The notes beneath the pieces were generated by a model. It ran no database searches. It saw only the letters and a list, made by a program, of their open reading frames with translations, and had not been told where the DNA came from. 64,000 nucleotides of DNA from Chrysomallon squamiferum (lineage: Eukaryota > Animalia > Mollusca), in NCBI GenBank assembly GCA_012295275.1, contig CM022673.1:19282001-19346000 (forward strand), given 5' to 3'. A program made the translations under genes and the position numbers. Of this stretch, positions 1-14,400 are shown piece after piece. Each line of letters starts with the position of its first letter. Position 1 is the first letter of the stretch.

Positions 1-1352
1 TGATTATATTTTAGTTAGTCGATCCGAAATGTATTTATTAAGAGTTATGCAGCTAAAAGTAAAAGACTAAATTTATAACCATTTCAAATCAATTTAAGCA
101 GCTGGAGAAAAAGAACTAACAATGAATACTAGCTAAGAACGCGAATTATAATAAATCATATTTTAACGTCCTCTTGAAAATCTAAACAATGGTAATAACT
201 AATAAAAAGAAATAAATTCAGATGTCAACGTTTAGTATTTTGTTGACAAAAAGTAACTAAATACTGAAGACAAGTTTACTTAATACTGAAGTATTTACTG
301 AATAAAACTAGATAACTTATTTGAAGAAATTAATCGGAATTCACGTATATCTCAGTAATATTATTACAATCTTTACGTAGAATTCTGTTTTTGTCCCCCA
401 CTAATTCTGCTGTTGTCGGACCATATATTTATTATTATGTATAACATGTCAGAAACTCTGTGATGAGAATATGTGCACCTAATCGTTTGTTGTTTTGAAT
501 TGTATGACTATTGACAGATGTCTCTATTGGCAGGTTACCGAAATTACAATCGCCACACGAAGAGAAACTGTAATTATAAAAAATAATTTCCTTTTCTTTC
601 TCTGCTCTGTAGGAATGCTTTCCGCTTGATTGCATATTGGTCTAGTCACAGTTTTAATGGGCCAAAATATCAGACTACAAATTTATCAGAATTGCAAGCA
701 GTATTGCAACAGGCGATGTCACAACGTCAAATCCAAAGTCTAGAACAGAAGGCTTATTAAAGCGGTCACCGGTGTCGTTGGGGTTACAGAATACTGAAAT
801 GTTTAAAGATTTTCTAAAATAATGGACTTGTTCGAGCATGACAGCCATAAAATCATTTGTAAATGGTTTCAAACTAGCGCCATTCACATAATTAAGTTAT
901 ATATATTTTCACTCAGATTCATTACCCTTGTGACATTATACATAAAATTAGTACAAAATTATGGCTTACCTTTAGCGGATCATGTGACATGCTGCATGTC
1001 TACAACAAATATTTATTTATGTATGTATGTGAAAATGTTGCTGGTCACATAGCTTGAAATATACCATTGTGTTTTCTTTTATCATATCATTTTGTTTTGT
1101 CTGATATCAAATACCAGTCATGTAAATCTCTGAGATAGTATCCACGCAATTTTGTTATTGTAGTATTCATACGGAAATGATTTGATATTTTTGTTATTAA
1201 AGTTTCGAATAACTATATATATATATATATAAATTACGATAAAATATATTTTTTTAAAGAACGAAATAAATAAAGAAAAATAATAATGCTTAAAAGCTAT
1301 AAAATGTTAAAATCTCTACTATTAATATCTGTTTAGATATAAAACCTAACAA

Positions 1353-1438
<86 letters not shown>

Positions 1439-1455
1439 TAATAATAATAATAATA
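1353..1455. repeat. (AAT)n microsatellite
   Basis: Read directly. It produces the spurious poly-Ile ORF 1290-1640. Confidence 0.95.
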
Positions 1456-3537
1456 GCAATAATATTAATAATAATGCTGATGATGCTGATAATGATGACA
1501 ATATAACATAATAAAATCATTAATACTAACAATATAACTTGACTTAAAGGAACGGTTCTTTCATTTCTGAAACATATTATTAAGATATAAAAATGTTTAT
1601 ATTGACTGTTATCATTCATAACTAAAATGATTTTATCCAATAAAGGAAGGAGTTCTAAATTTTCTTGTATGATCTAAAATGTATTGTAAAGTTATCATAT
1701 AAAGCTACATGTCATCTTTAACACTCTGACCAATAAAAAATAATTATATAAAGAACCACCCAAAAAATAAAAAATAAAATGAATACAAAATACAAAATAA
1801 CAATAAAATAAAATAAAACAAATAATAATAAACAAATAGCAATAAAAGAAACATAAAAAAACAACCTCGGACGCCCAAACTATGGCTTTTTCATATGCAG
1901 AGGAAATGAAATGATACTTAATTAAAAATAAAACAAAATACTGTAGAATTCATTTGTGGAGATTTCCATTTCCATATTGGGAGAAAGATTTTTATTTTCA
2001 CTGACTGCGAATACTTCCACCAGATCTTTTTGTCCGTGGTGTTTGATGAAATTTATGAGACACTTAAAGAGAAACGGACACTATAATTTTAGTCTAAAGA
2101 TTACTGTTTTTGTTAGTCAGTAAAATAAATAAAACATTTTGAAGCATGATTTGGCATTTGGCGACTTTTCAGAGTTCAGTTCATAAATCTCATAAAAGTG
2201 ATTATTTTTCCTAATTCGTTAAAACATCATGTTTACCATAATAATAATGTTTGCGTTGCATATAACATTTTGTGTCATTTTAATATTATTGGCAGCTTGG
2301 GATAATTCCTGTAGAAAATTTCTTATATATTTATAAAAGCTTAAGGTTTATTATTATATTTATAGCGTAAATTATCTAATCTTTAAAACCCCTAAGTCAT
2401 TTGAAATTGTATCATAAATAATCGACAGGAAATGGATAATAATTTTAAGCTATGAACGGATAAAAACGCTATTATTGCCAGCGTTTACATTTTATTTAAT
2501 TTCTTTAGCTGTGACGCATATTTAAATTCTATCCTAACTTTACTATTGATTGAATCGAACAAGTTTGAATTTCATCGAGATAACATATTAATTAGTATGA
2601 AAAATAATGAAGTTGAATCATTCACAGTTAATGAATAATACCAACAAAATATATTATCAAGAGACATTATTATTTTAAAGACAATAAACTAATACTTTTA
2701 TTTAAAACCCATGCTAGTCGTAAAGGCAAAAGTTAAATGTAATTGAGCAGCAGTTTTAACTTAACTATACTACAAAATTAAATTAAGCGTGCTAGTAGTG
2801 GGAAATTACCATCTTTTCATCAAATTATGATAACTATATTATCTCTTTGTTTATTAACCCCTCCTCTGCGGCAGGAAGGAAACGGAAACTGATACAGTAA
2901 TCCACTGCTGTGCTTGATATCTGTTATTTAGGGAGTAGGCGTTCGACACAGCCTGGGAATCTGGGTTCAACCTTCCCAAAGCACTGGTCGTTCCCCGATC
3001 ACGTTTTAAATATGATTAATGACTATATTACAGGGTATTTGGACAGAAAAGCTGGCAAAATTTGGGAAAGCAAAAACATTTGATACTAGTATTTTTAATC
3101 TGTGTAAGATTTTGGGCAAATCAAACGCTATGATCCTTTAACCATGAGTCACCAAACGCCTATGTCTTTTAGCCTCTATGTCTTTCTCCGATGAATAAAT
3201 CTTTCCTGAAAAAGTCTAATGTTTGAACAAAATTTGTCATATTCATGCTATGATCACGTGTCATCCCAATTCAAGAATATTCTTCAGTGATCAATTGGAA
3301 TATGCTAGGTTTGCAGAAATGATCAAAACATACATTGTTCTAAATGCATCTGTTGCTTTCAAAGGCGGAGTTAGCTTGGCATTAGGGTATACTGCCCTAT
3401 GAATTGAATTCGATCTTTTCCATTTATGTTGTGAACATATGTCCAAAAGTCAATATGCGCGGCAGCTCCAAAAGTATTATCCAGTAGTGTTAAAGCAAGG
3501 CACGGCGTCATTACTAAGAATATTGAAATCAGGAAGG

Positions 3538-3573
3538 TATATAAGGCAGGCCGCAGACTAACTCGCCGCACTG
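3538..3573 (+). promoter_or_regulatory. TATA box (TATATAAG 3538-3545) with initiator-like GCACTG about 30 nt downstream
   Basis: TATATAAGGC lies about 140 nt upstream of the signal-peptide ATG at 3681, in a locally GC-richer segment. Spacing to the CA at 3569-3570 is canonical. Confidence 0.6.
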
Positions 3574-3680
3574 GACTTCCAGAGTCAATTTACAAAGTTG
3601 TTCATCTTGTGAAATATTACGTTGTGAAATATTCTACCTGAAAACAGCTTCAGTAGAAAGCAGGACACAAGCGGCCCGTC

Positions 3681-3763
3681 ATGGGGACGATGATCCGCTC
3701 TTTTTCTCCTATTCTTACATTATTCCTGTGGATCTTGATCTCAACCGAATGGACAAATGCGCA
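3681..3763 (+). CDS. Exon 1: signal peptide [27 protein letters not shown]|Q
   Basis: Hydrophobic core followed by a T-N-A cleavage-like site. Donor GTAAGT at 3764 is phase 2, matching exon 2. Confidence 0.85.
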
Positions 3764-6700
3764 GTAAGTTATGGTTTAAAAACAAAATCACAATATTTTA
3801 CATTTTCAGTATCTATTAATTAATTAATTTGTAATTAAATAATATGTTTGAAGTTCAATAATCATCTGTGGCGACTGTTAGCATTTGTTCTAGTATATAT
3901 ATATATATATATATAAAACGCAATTAACAAACACTGGTTGTAGCAAACTGGACGTAATTAGTGTAGTTTGTTACGATCTTCAATTGAAGGGCTCATTTTA
4001 TTTTTATTTCGTAACAAACAGCTGAAACCGATTTATATATCCTTTTTGAATCCCCTTTGTAGTATTTCATCGTCATCCACCATTTGTAACTCAAAAATTA
4101 TAAAATAATATTTCATCGGTAATAAACGAATGAAAAAGGTACAGAAGAAAATTTATTTAAAAGAACTGACTAATTTTTCTTTTATTTCTTTTGGAATTTT
4201 GCTGAAAAATGTAACATTTTCCTAGTCTGGTTTACTTATTTCATTTGTTTCAAACGCATTATATGGCTAAAGCTGGCTTCATCTGTAGAAAGCAAGAAAG
4301 AATAGTAATACTTTTCAATAATGTTTGGGACATTTATAAAAAATGTTAACATTAAATCTAAATGAACTGATATTATAACTTCTGAATTTTCAGAAAAAGA
4401 CCTTTCTAACAATAACAGTAATAAAATTAATTATTAGTTTAACCGCTGCAGGTTACGGAAAAAATATAAGCCACATATTTTATCTTACACTGCTCAATGA
4501 GAGTGAAGGGACAAAAGGTCCAACGATAGGCAAATTATATTTACAAGCAACAACATGATGTGTCTTGGACCATTCTCTCAGCCAATCAATTTTATAGGCA
4601 CATATATATATATATATATATATCGTCATCATCATCATCAGCAGCAGCACACTTATTCCGTTTACATTTTCTGTGTAAATGACAACAGATAAACAGATGT
4701 TTATAAAAATGTCGAATTTCGGGCTTTGATGGATCATGACCAACCATGTTTTATCATTGTTATATCATTTCCAAGTCATACATAATCTCAAAATGCTCAA
4801 AGACACTGAGGCAAGCAGGAAGATTAACAATAAGTATTTTAATATAACAATTAAATCTTCCGACGGTTAGATAAATGGTAACTAACAACAATTAAAATGT
4901 CTTAATGCCTCGAACTTCCAAATATTAATACTATTACAGTTATCCATTGTTTTTAGATTACCACTATTTTGGTAAATATTTAAAATAAAATTTATGAGGG
5001 GATAGATCAAGTATTCTTTAAATACTATGAAAGATTTGGTGTTCATTTCGTATTTTGTAAAGATATATTTATTAAGATAGATTTACATTCGTAATATTGT
5101 TTATATATAATAATTATGGTAGTATTTATTATTTACTTTTTTCATATTTATAACTGAGCATTAATGAATTAAAATAAATTACAATCATAGAAAAAAGAAA
5201 AAAAGAAAAAAAGAAAGAAAAGAAATAAGGAAAACAACAAACAAACAAAATAAAACGATAAATAAAGAACATGTTTGACAATAATAGACATTAAGTTGTA
5301 TGTTTAAAAACAATCAATGTTATACTGAATTATCTTTTATAAATTGTTTGAACTTGTGTGGAAAGTATATAATTTAATTATTTAGAAACAAAAATTATGA
5401 AATATTTAATGATATTTCTCACCTATTTTTTTTTAAAATATTTATTTTTTTAACGTTTGTATAAAATAAATTTAATATTACTATAGGTACCAGACCATTT
5501 TCAGACTGTCAAGTTTTGAAGTTGGCAGGCTTAAACTTGCTCGGTCGGTCGCTTTGTTTTAGTTTCATAGCAAGCGCATAGTAGATCGGTTTCAGTTTGG
5601 AACCTAGTCTCTACACTTGCCCTTTTCTGTATTTAGGTGATTATTTATCCCAGTTTGTTGTAATTTTAATTTAATACCACGTAAAGGCCAGTAGACAGGC
5701 GATTTGCTAATGAAAAAACCGAAAAAGAAGCGTGTATCGAAGTAAGTCCAGTTACTTACGAGACTCTAAAAACCGGAGGTTGCGCTCTGTTCCAAGTTTG
5801 CTGGTACTTGTAATAAAGAATTTCACTCATTACATTTTTATAGTAACAATACTATCTTGTCCTGAACAGCTGGTGTCTTATGTTTTCACAGTAATATATT
5901 AAAACAAGTGAAATCATTTAAAAAATTATAGAAAACAAAAAGAAACAATTCTTAAAAAAAGAAAGAAGAAATGCGGTTTGCTAATATTGCAATATATTGT
6001 ATATACATATGAGTCTCTGTGTGTGACTATGCGTGTGGTAATTATTCGTGCTTAATTTTCCTAATTATATATTTTATTAAAAAAATGTTTTCTTTCCATT
6101 CAGACCTAACCTCTGCCCAGTAACAAAAAATGTGAAAGTCGGACCAGTACCTGATAAATGCGACAGCGCCACGCAGAAAAGAAGATACCGACAACAATGG
6201 GTTATGGATTACAACGCAACGGAAGCTGCAAATGGTGGTGCTGATGCCTTTGAGATATTCAGGAATCCCTCTGACAGCAACGTCTGTTACTATTTCAGGT
6301 AAATAATATTAATCATGAAATATGTATTCCCCTTTCCAACAACGTAAAAAAAAAAAAAAAAATTAAAAATCCCCCAAAACGTTCTTCAAATTTTAATTAA
6401 TGGAACAGCAAAAAGGAGAAAGTAGTTCAGAATATAAAGTGAAATATTAATTATATACCTACTCACAGATTTATTTTATATTAAAATTTCGCAAATCAGT
6501 ATTTTTGTGAAACAATTTCAGATTTGCACAATTATTTTACTTTTAGTAAAGGGAAAAAGATCTGCTCAACATATGATTTCTGTGCACTTCAACTACTAAA
6601 AATTAGTGGGGACATGGATTTCAGTATTATCGAATTTGATAGACAAATGACATCCTGGCGGGAATAGAGGCTAAAAATGGATGAATCTATAATTTTCAGA

Positions 6701-8222
6701 GGGCTTTTTCTTTATTTGGGAGTTTATTATTATTATTTTGTTGTTATTGTCGTTGTTGTTGTTGCTGTTGTCGTTGTCATATTTTTCAGTTATGTAATAT
6801 TTTAATTACCATTTTAACATACTTCATTATCTTGTATTGTCAGCATAGCAGATAAATTATATTTAAAGTATTAATAATTTAAAAGATATGTTTATCACAA
6901 AATTCTAAATAATTAAATGCATTCTGCGTTACAGGTTTCAAGACAAAACTCAGCTTGAATGCTGTGCTGGCTGGGAGAAATATCCTGCATGTGATACACG
7001 TAAATTTTCTTTCTTTACTATATCAGAAAAGTTGTATAAGGAAAGATAAATAAAAAAATGAAATGTGTTTCGTTTGCTTTTGTAGACAAAATATATACTG
7101 CATGTTATCTATTTAACAACTTTAAACTCATTTTAAATATTTACAATGAAAACAAAAGTAAACTTTAAGTTAAAAGTTATTCCTATGTCATATAAAATAA
7201 AACAAATTTTATTTTTATATGGTCCACGAATCAGAAATTCTGCACAGACTGTACAGTTATATTCATTTCTTCATAGCTTAATCGATGAGTGTTATCGTAA
7301 AGTACGCATAATGTGAAATGAACAGTCTGTATAAAATTGATTTCAATTACAGCTACCTGTGTAAATCCTTGCTTCAAGGGAAAATGCACTGCTCCAAATA
7401 CTTGTACTTGTGACAAAGGTTATGGAGGTTTGCAGTGTGACGAGAAGTCAGGAGGTAAGACTAGTATCCTATGGATGAAATAAATAATTAAAATAATAAT
7501 AATAAAAAGAGGATTTCTTACGTTTATTTCTGCTTTGATAAATTATCTTTAGCAAGAATAATTAAATAAATCAGGCAACTATTACATTATAGATTATAAA
7601 AAATGCCAAGTATAATGAGTATGAGTTATATTTATTATTTAAATTTAATTATTTTTCTTACATTATAAGTAAACCAAAATATGCGATTCAGAAGTAATAA
7701 ACATTTAGTTTATTAAAATCATTGCATTTTTGTTTAATATATATAACAGTTGTTTTTTAAAATCTTATCAACGCCAGTTAGCAGTAAAGTGTTTTTGTAT
7801 CACAATTGAAATTTTTGTCGTTCTTTTGATTCTGTCTGGTCTGCTGGCATGGACACATGATACACAGTTATTAGTAAAACTAAGCTACATTATTTTTCTT
7901 TTGCAGAAAAGTACTGCTACACAGGTAATAGTTGTGATGGACCAAAAACAACATATCGAGGAAAGATGATAACTGACTGTTGCGTAGGATCTGGCCGTTC
8001 ATTTGGCAACACTGTTGATGGAACGTGCGAACCATGCGACGAAGGTAGTGTTTCAGTTAATATATTTGTTATATTAATTTTATTATTAATAACATTGTTA
8101 TTGTTTCTTGTTTCTTCTTCTTCTTCTCCTTCTTCTTCTTCTTTTTCTTCTTCTTCTTATTATTGTTACTGTTACTATTATTATTTTTATTATTATTATT
8201 GGTGTTGTTGTGGTTGTTATTA

Positions 8223-8277
<55 letters not shown>

Positions 8278-8453
8278 ATACATTTAACAAAATCAGAAAA
8301 ACACTTTAATAGGACTGGCTTGCATTTACAAATTATTACTTTTAATGTAATATAAAACGAAATCTCATATCATTCGTAAGTTTTCTCTTCTGTCCTAGCC
8401 TAATTATAAAGACCATGGTGCTCAATAACATGAAATTAATTAAATTAAAATAA

Positions 8454-8486
<33 letters not shown>

Positions 8487-11400
8487 TTAAATAAATCAAT
8501 ATAAAACCAGCCAGTAATATAAGAAAGAAAAAAGACTGCTTACATGCTCTGGATGTCAATCAATGCTGGTAAATTACAAGCTGCTCGAAGATAATGAAAA
8601 GTGGGATTTTGTTTACTCAGCGCAGTTTATTATATCTGCTGTTCAAGTTGAACAATTTAAACTATTTCTTTGTTCATTTAATTTAAACATTTTAATTAGA
8701 AAAATCAGTTTCACTTCTTTATTTTCATATGAGCTGTTGTTACTTCAAACTTTACAATCCACCTGTCTGCCTGTTCGTCTTCTCTATGGCACAGAATATA
8801 TATTCAGAGATAAAGAGATTAAAAACAATTAGAACAATTGGATAATTTTCTCATAATGATAAAACAAGCATGAAAACAAGCAAACAAACAAACAAATAAA
8901 TAAATATTTGTTCAAGAGAATAAAATATTTGTAAGTCTGTCTAATCAAACTGAAACTCACTACTTGTCATTGTAAAAAAGTAATTATACGAAAAATATAA
9001 GGAAGAGAATAAAATACATAAAGTAATTTAGAAAGACACCTGTTTACCATTGCTTATAAAAAGTACATCAGTACAGAAGTGACAGCAAGATAGCATTTGT
9101 ATGTGGTTTTCGTTAACATTTTAATTACACCGCTGTATTATTGTAAAACGTTAATCTGTTCTAAAATATTTAATATGAGATGAAAATAATTATTACATGT
9201 GCTATTTTTACTCTGTGTTAAAGCATTAACAACTTCCATCTCGATACGATTTCTTTTCGATCTTATCAATTCCTTAAAAGAAGAAATTTAATTTTCGTAA
9301 AAATGTACTGTAATGTGTTATCTTCTGAAAGTCATCTACGAAATGTAGTCACCTTTTGTAAGGTTGCAGATTGCGTCATATTACTTCGTAGTATAACCTA
9401 TATTATTTGATGCTATGAAATAAAGGGTAAACCAACTTAATTTGGTGCTGCGTTTACATAAGACCATAATTTAAAAGTCTCTCTGAGACGCAGTTAAGAC
9501 AAAACTGTAAAAGATTTAGGATCTCCAGCACACAAGACGCATTTTCACTAAAGTTTTCAGATATATTTGCATTGATAATGATTTATATTACAATATACGA
9601 CTTAATTTTTTATTTTTATTTTTAAATTATTATTTCTTAGTCAATGTGACTACAGTCCAGCACGCAGACTTTGAATTCCTAACATGTACACATTCGGGAG
9701 AAAGTAGCTTTCGAACATTTGACGGCGTCAGATACACCTATCGTTCATCTTGCAAAGTAACAATGCTTATGACGCACAACATCGCTATAACATCAAAGAC
9801 AGATTGCGATCCGCTAAACACCTGCAAATGTTTACAGGTAAATCAGTCTTAGAATCAGTATTTATTAATTTAGTACCAAATTTATGTATCAGATTTAAAC
9901 AGAATAACGCAGGCTTGCCTTAATTTATATATTAATGTATGTATGTAACTGAAAATAGGTCAGAAAGGGCTTGTTATCAGATGTTATAACTATTCATGAG
10001 ATGAATGATATTAAATTGACCAATATTTGTACAAATATTAATTTAGAACATATTATCTTAAACTTCATGAATTTTAATAAATTCCTTTTTTCAATTTTGC
10101 ATTTGTGTTAGTTACTGACATTACACTTAAATGTCATGATATAGGTGTTACAATTATCAACATTATAAATGTTTCTGAAACGGTTATATATTTTTTTGAT
10201 TTAATATTGCAGGAGGTGGTTATCTCTGTTATCAGCGGAAAACAAAGCGATAAATACACATTTTTAAAGGGCCTAATTAATGGACAAACCCCGACCAATG
10301 AATTACAGAAGTTAGGCGGTAAGTAATTTGAAATTAAAACAGTAATATAGGTATACGTGTAATTTTCCAGATTAATTCTTTAATAATTTGAATGTTCATT
10401 TTTATCTGTTAATTAAGAATATAAATATTAGCATTTATCTGATTTATTATCATTTGTAAATTGCTTTTTCAGATATTAGTTTTCAAAAGAAAAACGAATT
10501 GGTCCACATCAACACAGGCGCCGGCTTCAGACTGAGAATTGATCCAGATGGCTACTTGGCTATATCAATAGACAAAAATAAGGTCAAAGAGATGTCTCTC
10601 TCTGGCATGTGCGGCAATGCTAATTTTGATCCCAACGGTAAGTAGTAACCTGACATAATCTGAACTATATCTTTTCTAACAATGATAGCATTGTTTTATT
10701 TTGAAATTACTTTTTGAATTTAATCAGAATCGAAAGAATGAATATTTACACCTTGATTTATTTACACCTTTGTATCATTTTCTTGTGTGTTTATTCATGC
10801 AAAAATCTCTATGTTATGATCACGATTTAATTGCCTTACAGATGAAAAAAAGCTCGCAGCTAACCAATTCGAAGCAAACAGATTCGGAAACGATTTCACC
10901 AATAAATCGGATGTAAGTAATTTGTACTTACTTTTATTTATTTACTTATTTATTAATCTGTTTTCAAGCAATTATTAAAGGAACATTAAAGAAAATTAAT
11001 CATTCATGTCCGTTTATAGTTAGAAAATTATTTATTTTTTATTTGTTAATTAATTAATTAATTAATTAATTTTATTCAAAATCAGTTTTGTCAAACAGTT
11101 TTTAGAGAAATGACTTTTGTTTTTGATAAATGGAATACTATGCTATTTTTCTAGTGCGGCGCCTTGTTGCCTGAATGTAGCGCAAAAGACTTGGAAACAG
11201 CAAAAGGTGTTTGCTCATACATTAGATCCAGGATGTTTGAAAAATGTCATTTAGTGGTAAGCATATCTAAAATGAATTTGACATCATTTAGAGTAGTCAT
11301 ACTGCTGCTACCACCCTATTACGATTACTAGTACTGCTGCTGCTACTACTACTACGACATTTAATAACAAATACAAAAATGTTCAGTTAGATTAAACTAC

Positions 11401-14400
11401 CATTGTAATTGTTTTACTTTGGAATCATAATATAGAATATACACCTTGATATTTTGCTATAACTTTTTATATAATGAACTTCGTTTTCTCTCTAATCGTC
11501 TGTTTGTTTCTTGTCAGATGTTCCTTACCTGTAATATGTTTTTGAAAAAAAATGACTAAAGATGATGATGATTAGTAGTAGTAGTCGTACTAGACTGTAA
11601 TAATAATATAGTACAAACAAAATATTATAAACATTACATTTATGTAAGGAATAATTTGTAACTGTGTTTCAGTTTCATAACTTTTTGACCACTAATAATT
11701 TAGTAATTTGTTTCTGTAATGTAAACTAAACGGGATATTTTTAGAACATACATACCAAAAGAGCAGTGTTTAGAATATCTTTTTAATAACTCTGTCTCAG
11801 AGAGACATATAGCTTGATAATTCACTGAATTCAAATACAAAGTCATGCTGAATTAGTAAATTGATAAAAATTCACATACGAACTTGTATTAAATTAGTAA
11901 TTCAGATAGCCTAAAGTGATACGTTAGTCTATTTATATAAACAATACATTTATATATGCAAATAACTGAAAGAAATGTACCATCGTTCTTATAAAATATA
12001 ATAACTTTCATTATTAAAGAATTGTAAATATATACAAGAGATAATATTTAATTATATAATGTGATTTGTGAACTCAGGTTCCATATAAGGCATTCGAAGA
12101 AACATGCGAGAGAGCTCACTGCGCGGCAGCACCAGAGAAGAAGGACAAGGCTCGATGTGATGCTATTCAGAACTATGCTACCGAGTGTTCTCTTCAAGAT
12201 ATTATTGTTTCTTGGAGATCAAATGAGCTTTGTCGTAAATATTTTTTTATAGTTATAAATTGAAAAGGATAAAAGCAATAAATAAGTTAACAAATAAATT
12301 TAAAAAAAATAATAAATAAGTATAATAAATAAAAGAAACAAAAAACAACCATCAAAACGAAATAAAATATAAAATGTTGACTTTTTAAATTATAAAACAG
12401 ATAACAGCCTTTCATTTTAAAATAACCAAAGATAAAAATCAATAGTTCAAAACCGATCAAATAAAAAAGAAATAACTGACTGATTTTATTTTTTAAGGAA
12501 CTGAACGATTTATAACCACTACTTTTTATTTTATTATTTTATTTTTTTAGCAAAAACTTGCCCCGGAGAGAACCAAATCTACACACAGTGTGCTAGCCCT
12601 TGCCAGTCGAAATGTGGTTGGTATTATCTGACACTTCACAAAGATTCTTGCAATGTGTGTTATCCCGGATGCACCTGCGCTCCAGGATTCATGGAGGATC
12701 ACAACGGGAAATGTGTTGACCCTCAGGACTGCACGTGCAAAGTCAGAGACCATCGGATTATTAGTGTTGGTGACAATTTTACATTAACGACACCTTGTCC
12801 ACAGGAATGGTAAATTTTAAATTTTAAATTTTATTTATTTATTTATTTATTTACTTGCGAAGATGTGCTTGTTTGAATGGATGTATGTATACAATCTTAT
12901 AAACAGGATATATTGTAATATAAATTAGTTAAAAAATGATAACTTTCATTCGAAATGAAAAGATAAAATAAAAGATGTATATCTATTATATATTATTAAT
13001 TTCTAGTGGAATGAATATACAAATATAGCAGCAAAATTGATTACTTACTTTTCTATTTAATAATTTTTTTTTAATGCTATTTAATAATTTAATACATTTA
13101 AAGAAAAGTAAATTAAAGACGATAACGTTTTCTATTAGTAGTACGATGGTTTATCTGTACTTTCATACTTAATATCTGCATGGGTTATTTTTATTACTTT
13201 TTTAAACAGTAAATGTACAGAAGGTGGCAAAGTTAAATGCAGTGAACCGACTATGTGCAGAGGCAAATGCTCAATAATGGCGAGTGGTTATATCACAACA
13301 TTTGATTCAAATGTCGTCAAAATTGGAACCAGTGCTATGGAGTGTAAATTTTCCTTAATGAACGTAAGTAATAAAGTTTCTTTTAGACAACTGGTAGAAA
13401 GTTTAAGAAATCTATTTTAATATAAATTAATCTATCGAAGTAATTCATGTGTTTTTAAATATATTGCACTGGTGAATAAATTTAAAACATTTTATTTATT
13501 TATTTATTTTTTTTCATATTTTTATCTTCTCTTTATTGTTTTAATTTCTTTTATTTTTAATAATTATTTTATTTTATTTTAATATTATACTGATTATTAA
13601 TTTTAAGAAACAGTTTTCATCCCAAAGTCTCGCGATCATCCTGAAGTGTAATATTTCACAAGTGTTTATTTATTTAACCTTATTTACAGCTAATTTTGTA
13701 TTAAATTCCATAAATGAGATAGCAAATTAAATACAAAGGAATATTTATATGCATTAATATGACCAAATGAAAGAAATCGATAAAAAGAAAACGACCGTCT
13801 ATAATTTTGTGGTCTCTCTCTCTCTCTCTCTCTTTTTTTTTTCAAAACACACACACACACACACACACACTTTGCATATTGCTATTAAAATGTCATTAAA
13901 ATAAATAAACATTTCTTTCCAGTTCAATAAAGGTCAATTTGATGTCACTTTATTAACGGCGAAAATAAATAACGCAATACGTATCGAGGGCATTGAAATA
14001 CAAACCAATGGTGTTTTGATGTCTATGAAAACAGTGGCAGAAACACAAAAAATGATATTTGAATACAACCGCAATCAACCAGAACTGCCTTTTACATCTC
14101 CAAAAAGAGACATTTATGTGAACAGAATTACCGACATTTGGATGAAACTTAGCACACCATATCTGCAAATACTTATAAGCTCTATGGGAAGCATCAGAAT
14201 TGAAGGAGACACAAAGTCGATGTCATCAAAGGTATTCATGTTACAATAAAATGTTTTACTTATTTGCCCGTTGGCAAAAAAAGAAAAAAAAAATCATATT
14301 TAAAACTGAATATTGTCTATTAAAGTAGAAAATAATATGTGAACTGTCATATGATTAATAACTAGAAACACTTTCATTAAATAATTTATATACTAGTAGA

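Noticed and set aside
435-1052. Short ORFs upstream of the gene
   Set aside because: No recognisable motifs or exon structure, and lengths are at chance level.
1290-1640. Poly-Ile, poly-Asn and poly-Tyr ORFs here and at ~8100, 25949-26310, 36598, 45005 and their repeats
   Set aside because: They are translations of microsatellites with no splice or domain support.
2860-3000. GC-richer patch with GTTCGA/GGTTCAA resembling a tRNA-derived SINE B box
   Set aside because: I could not fold a cloverleaf or find an A box or a second copy. The evidence is too weak.
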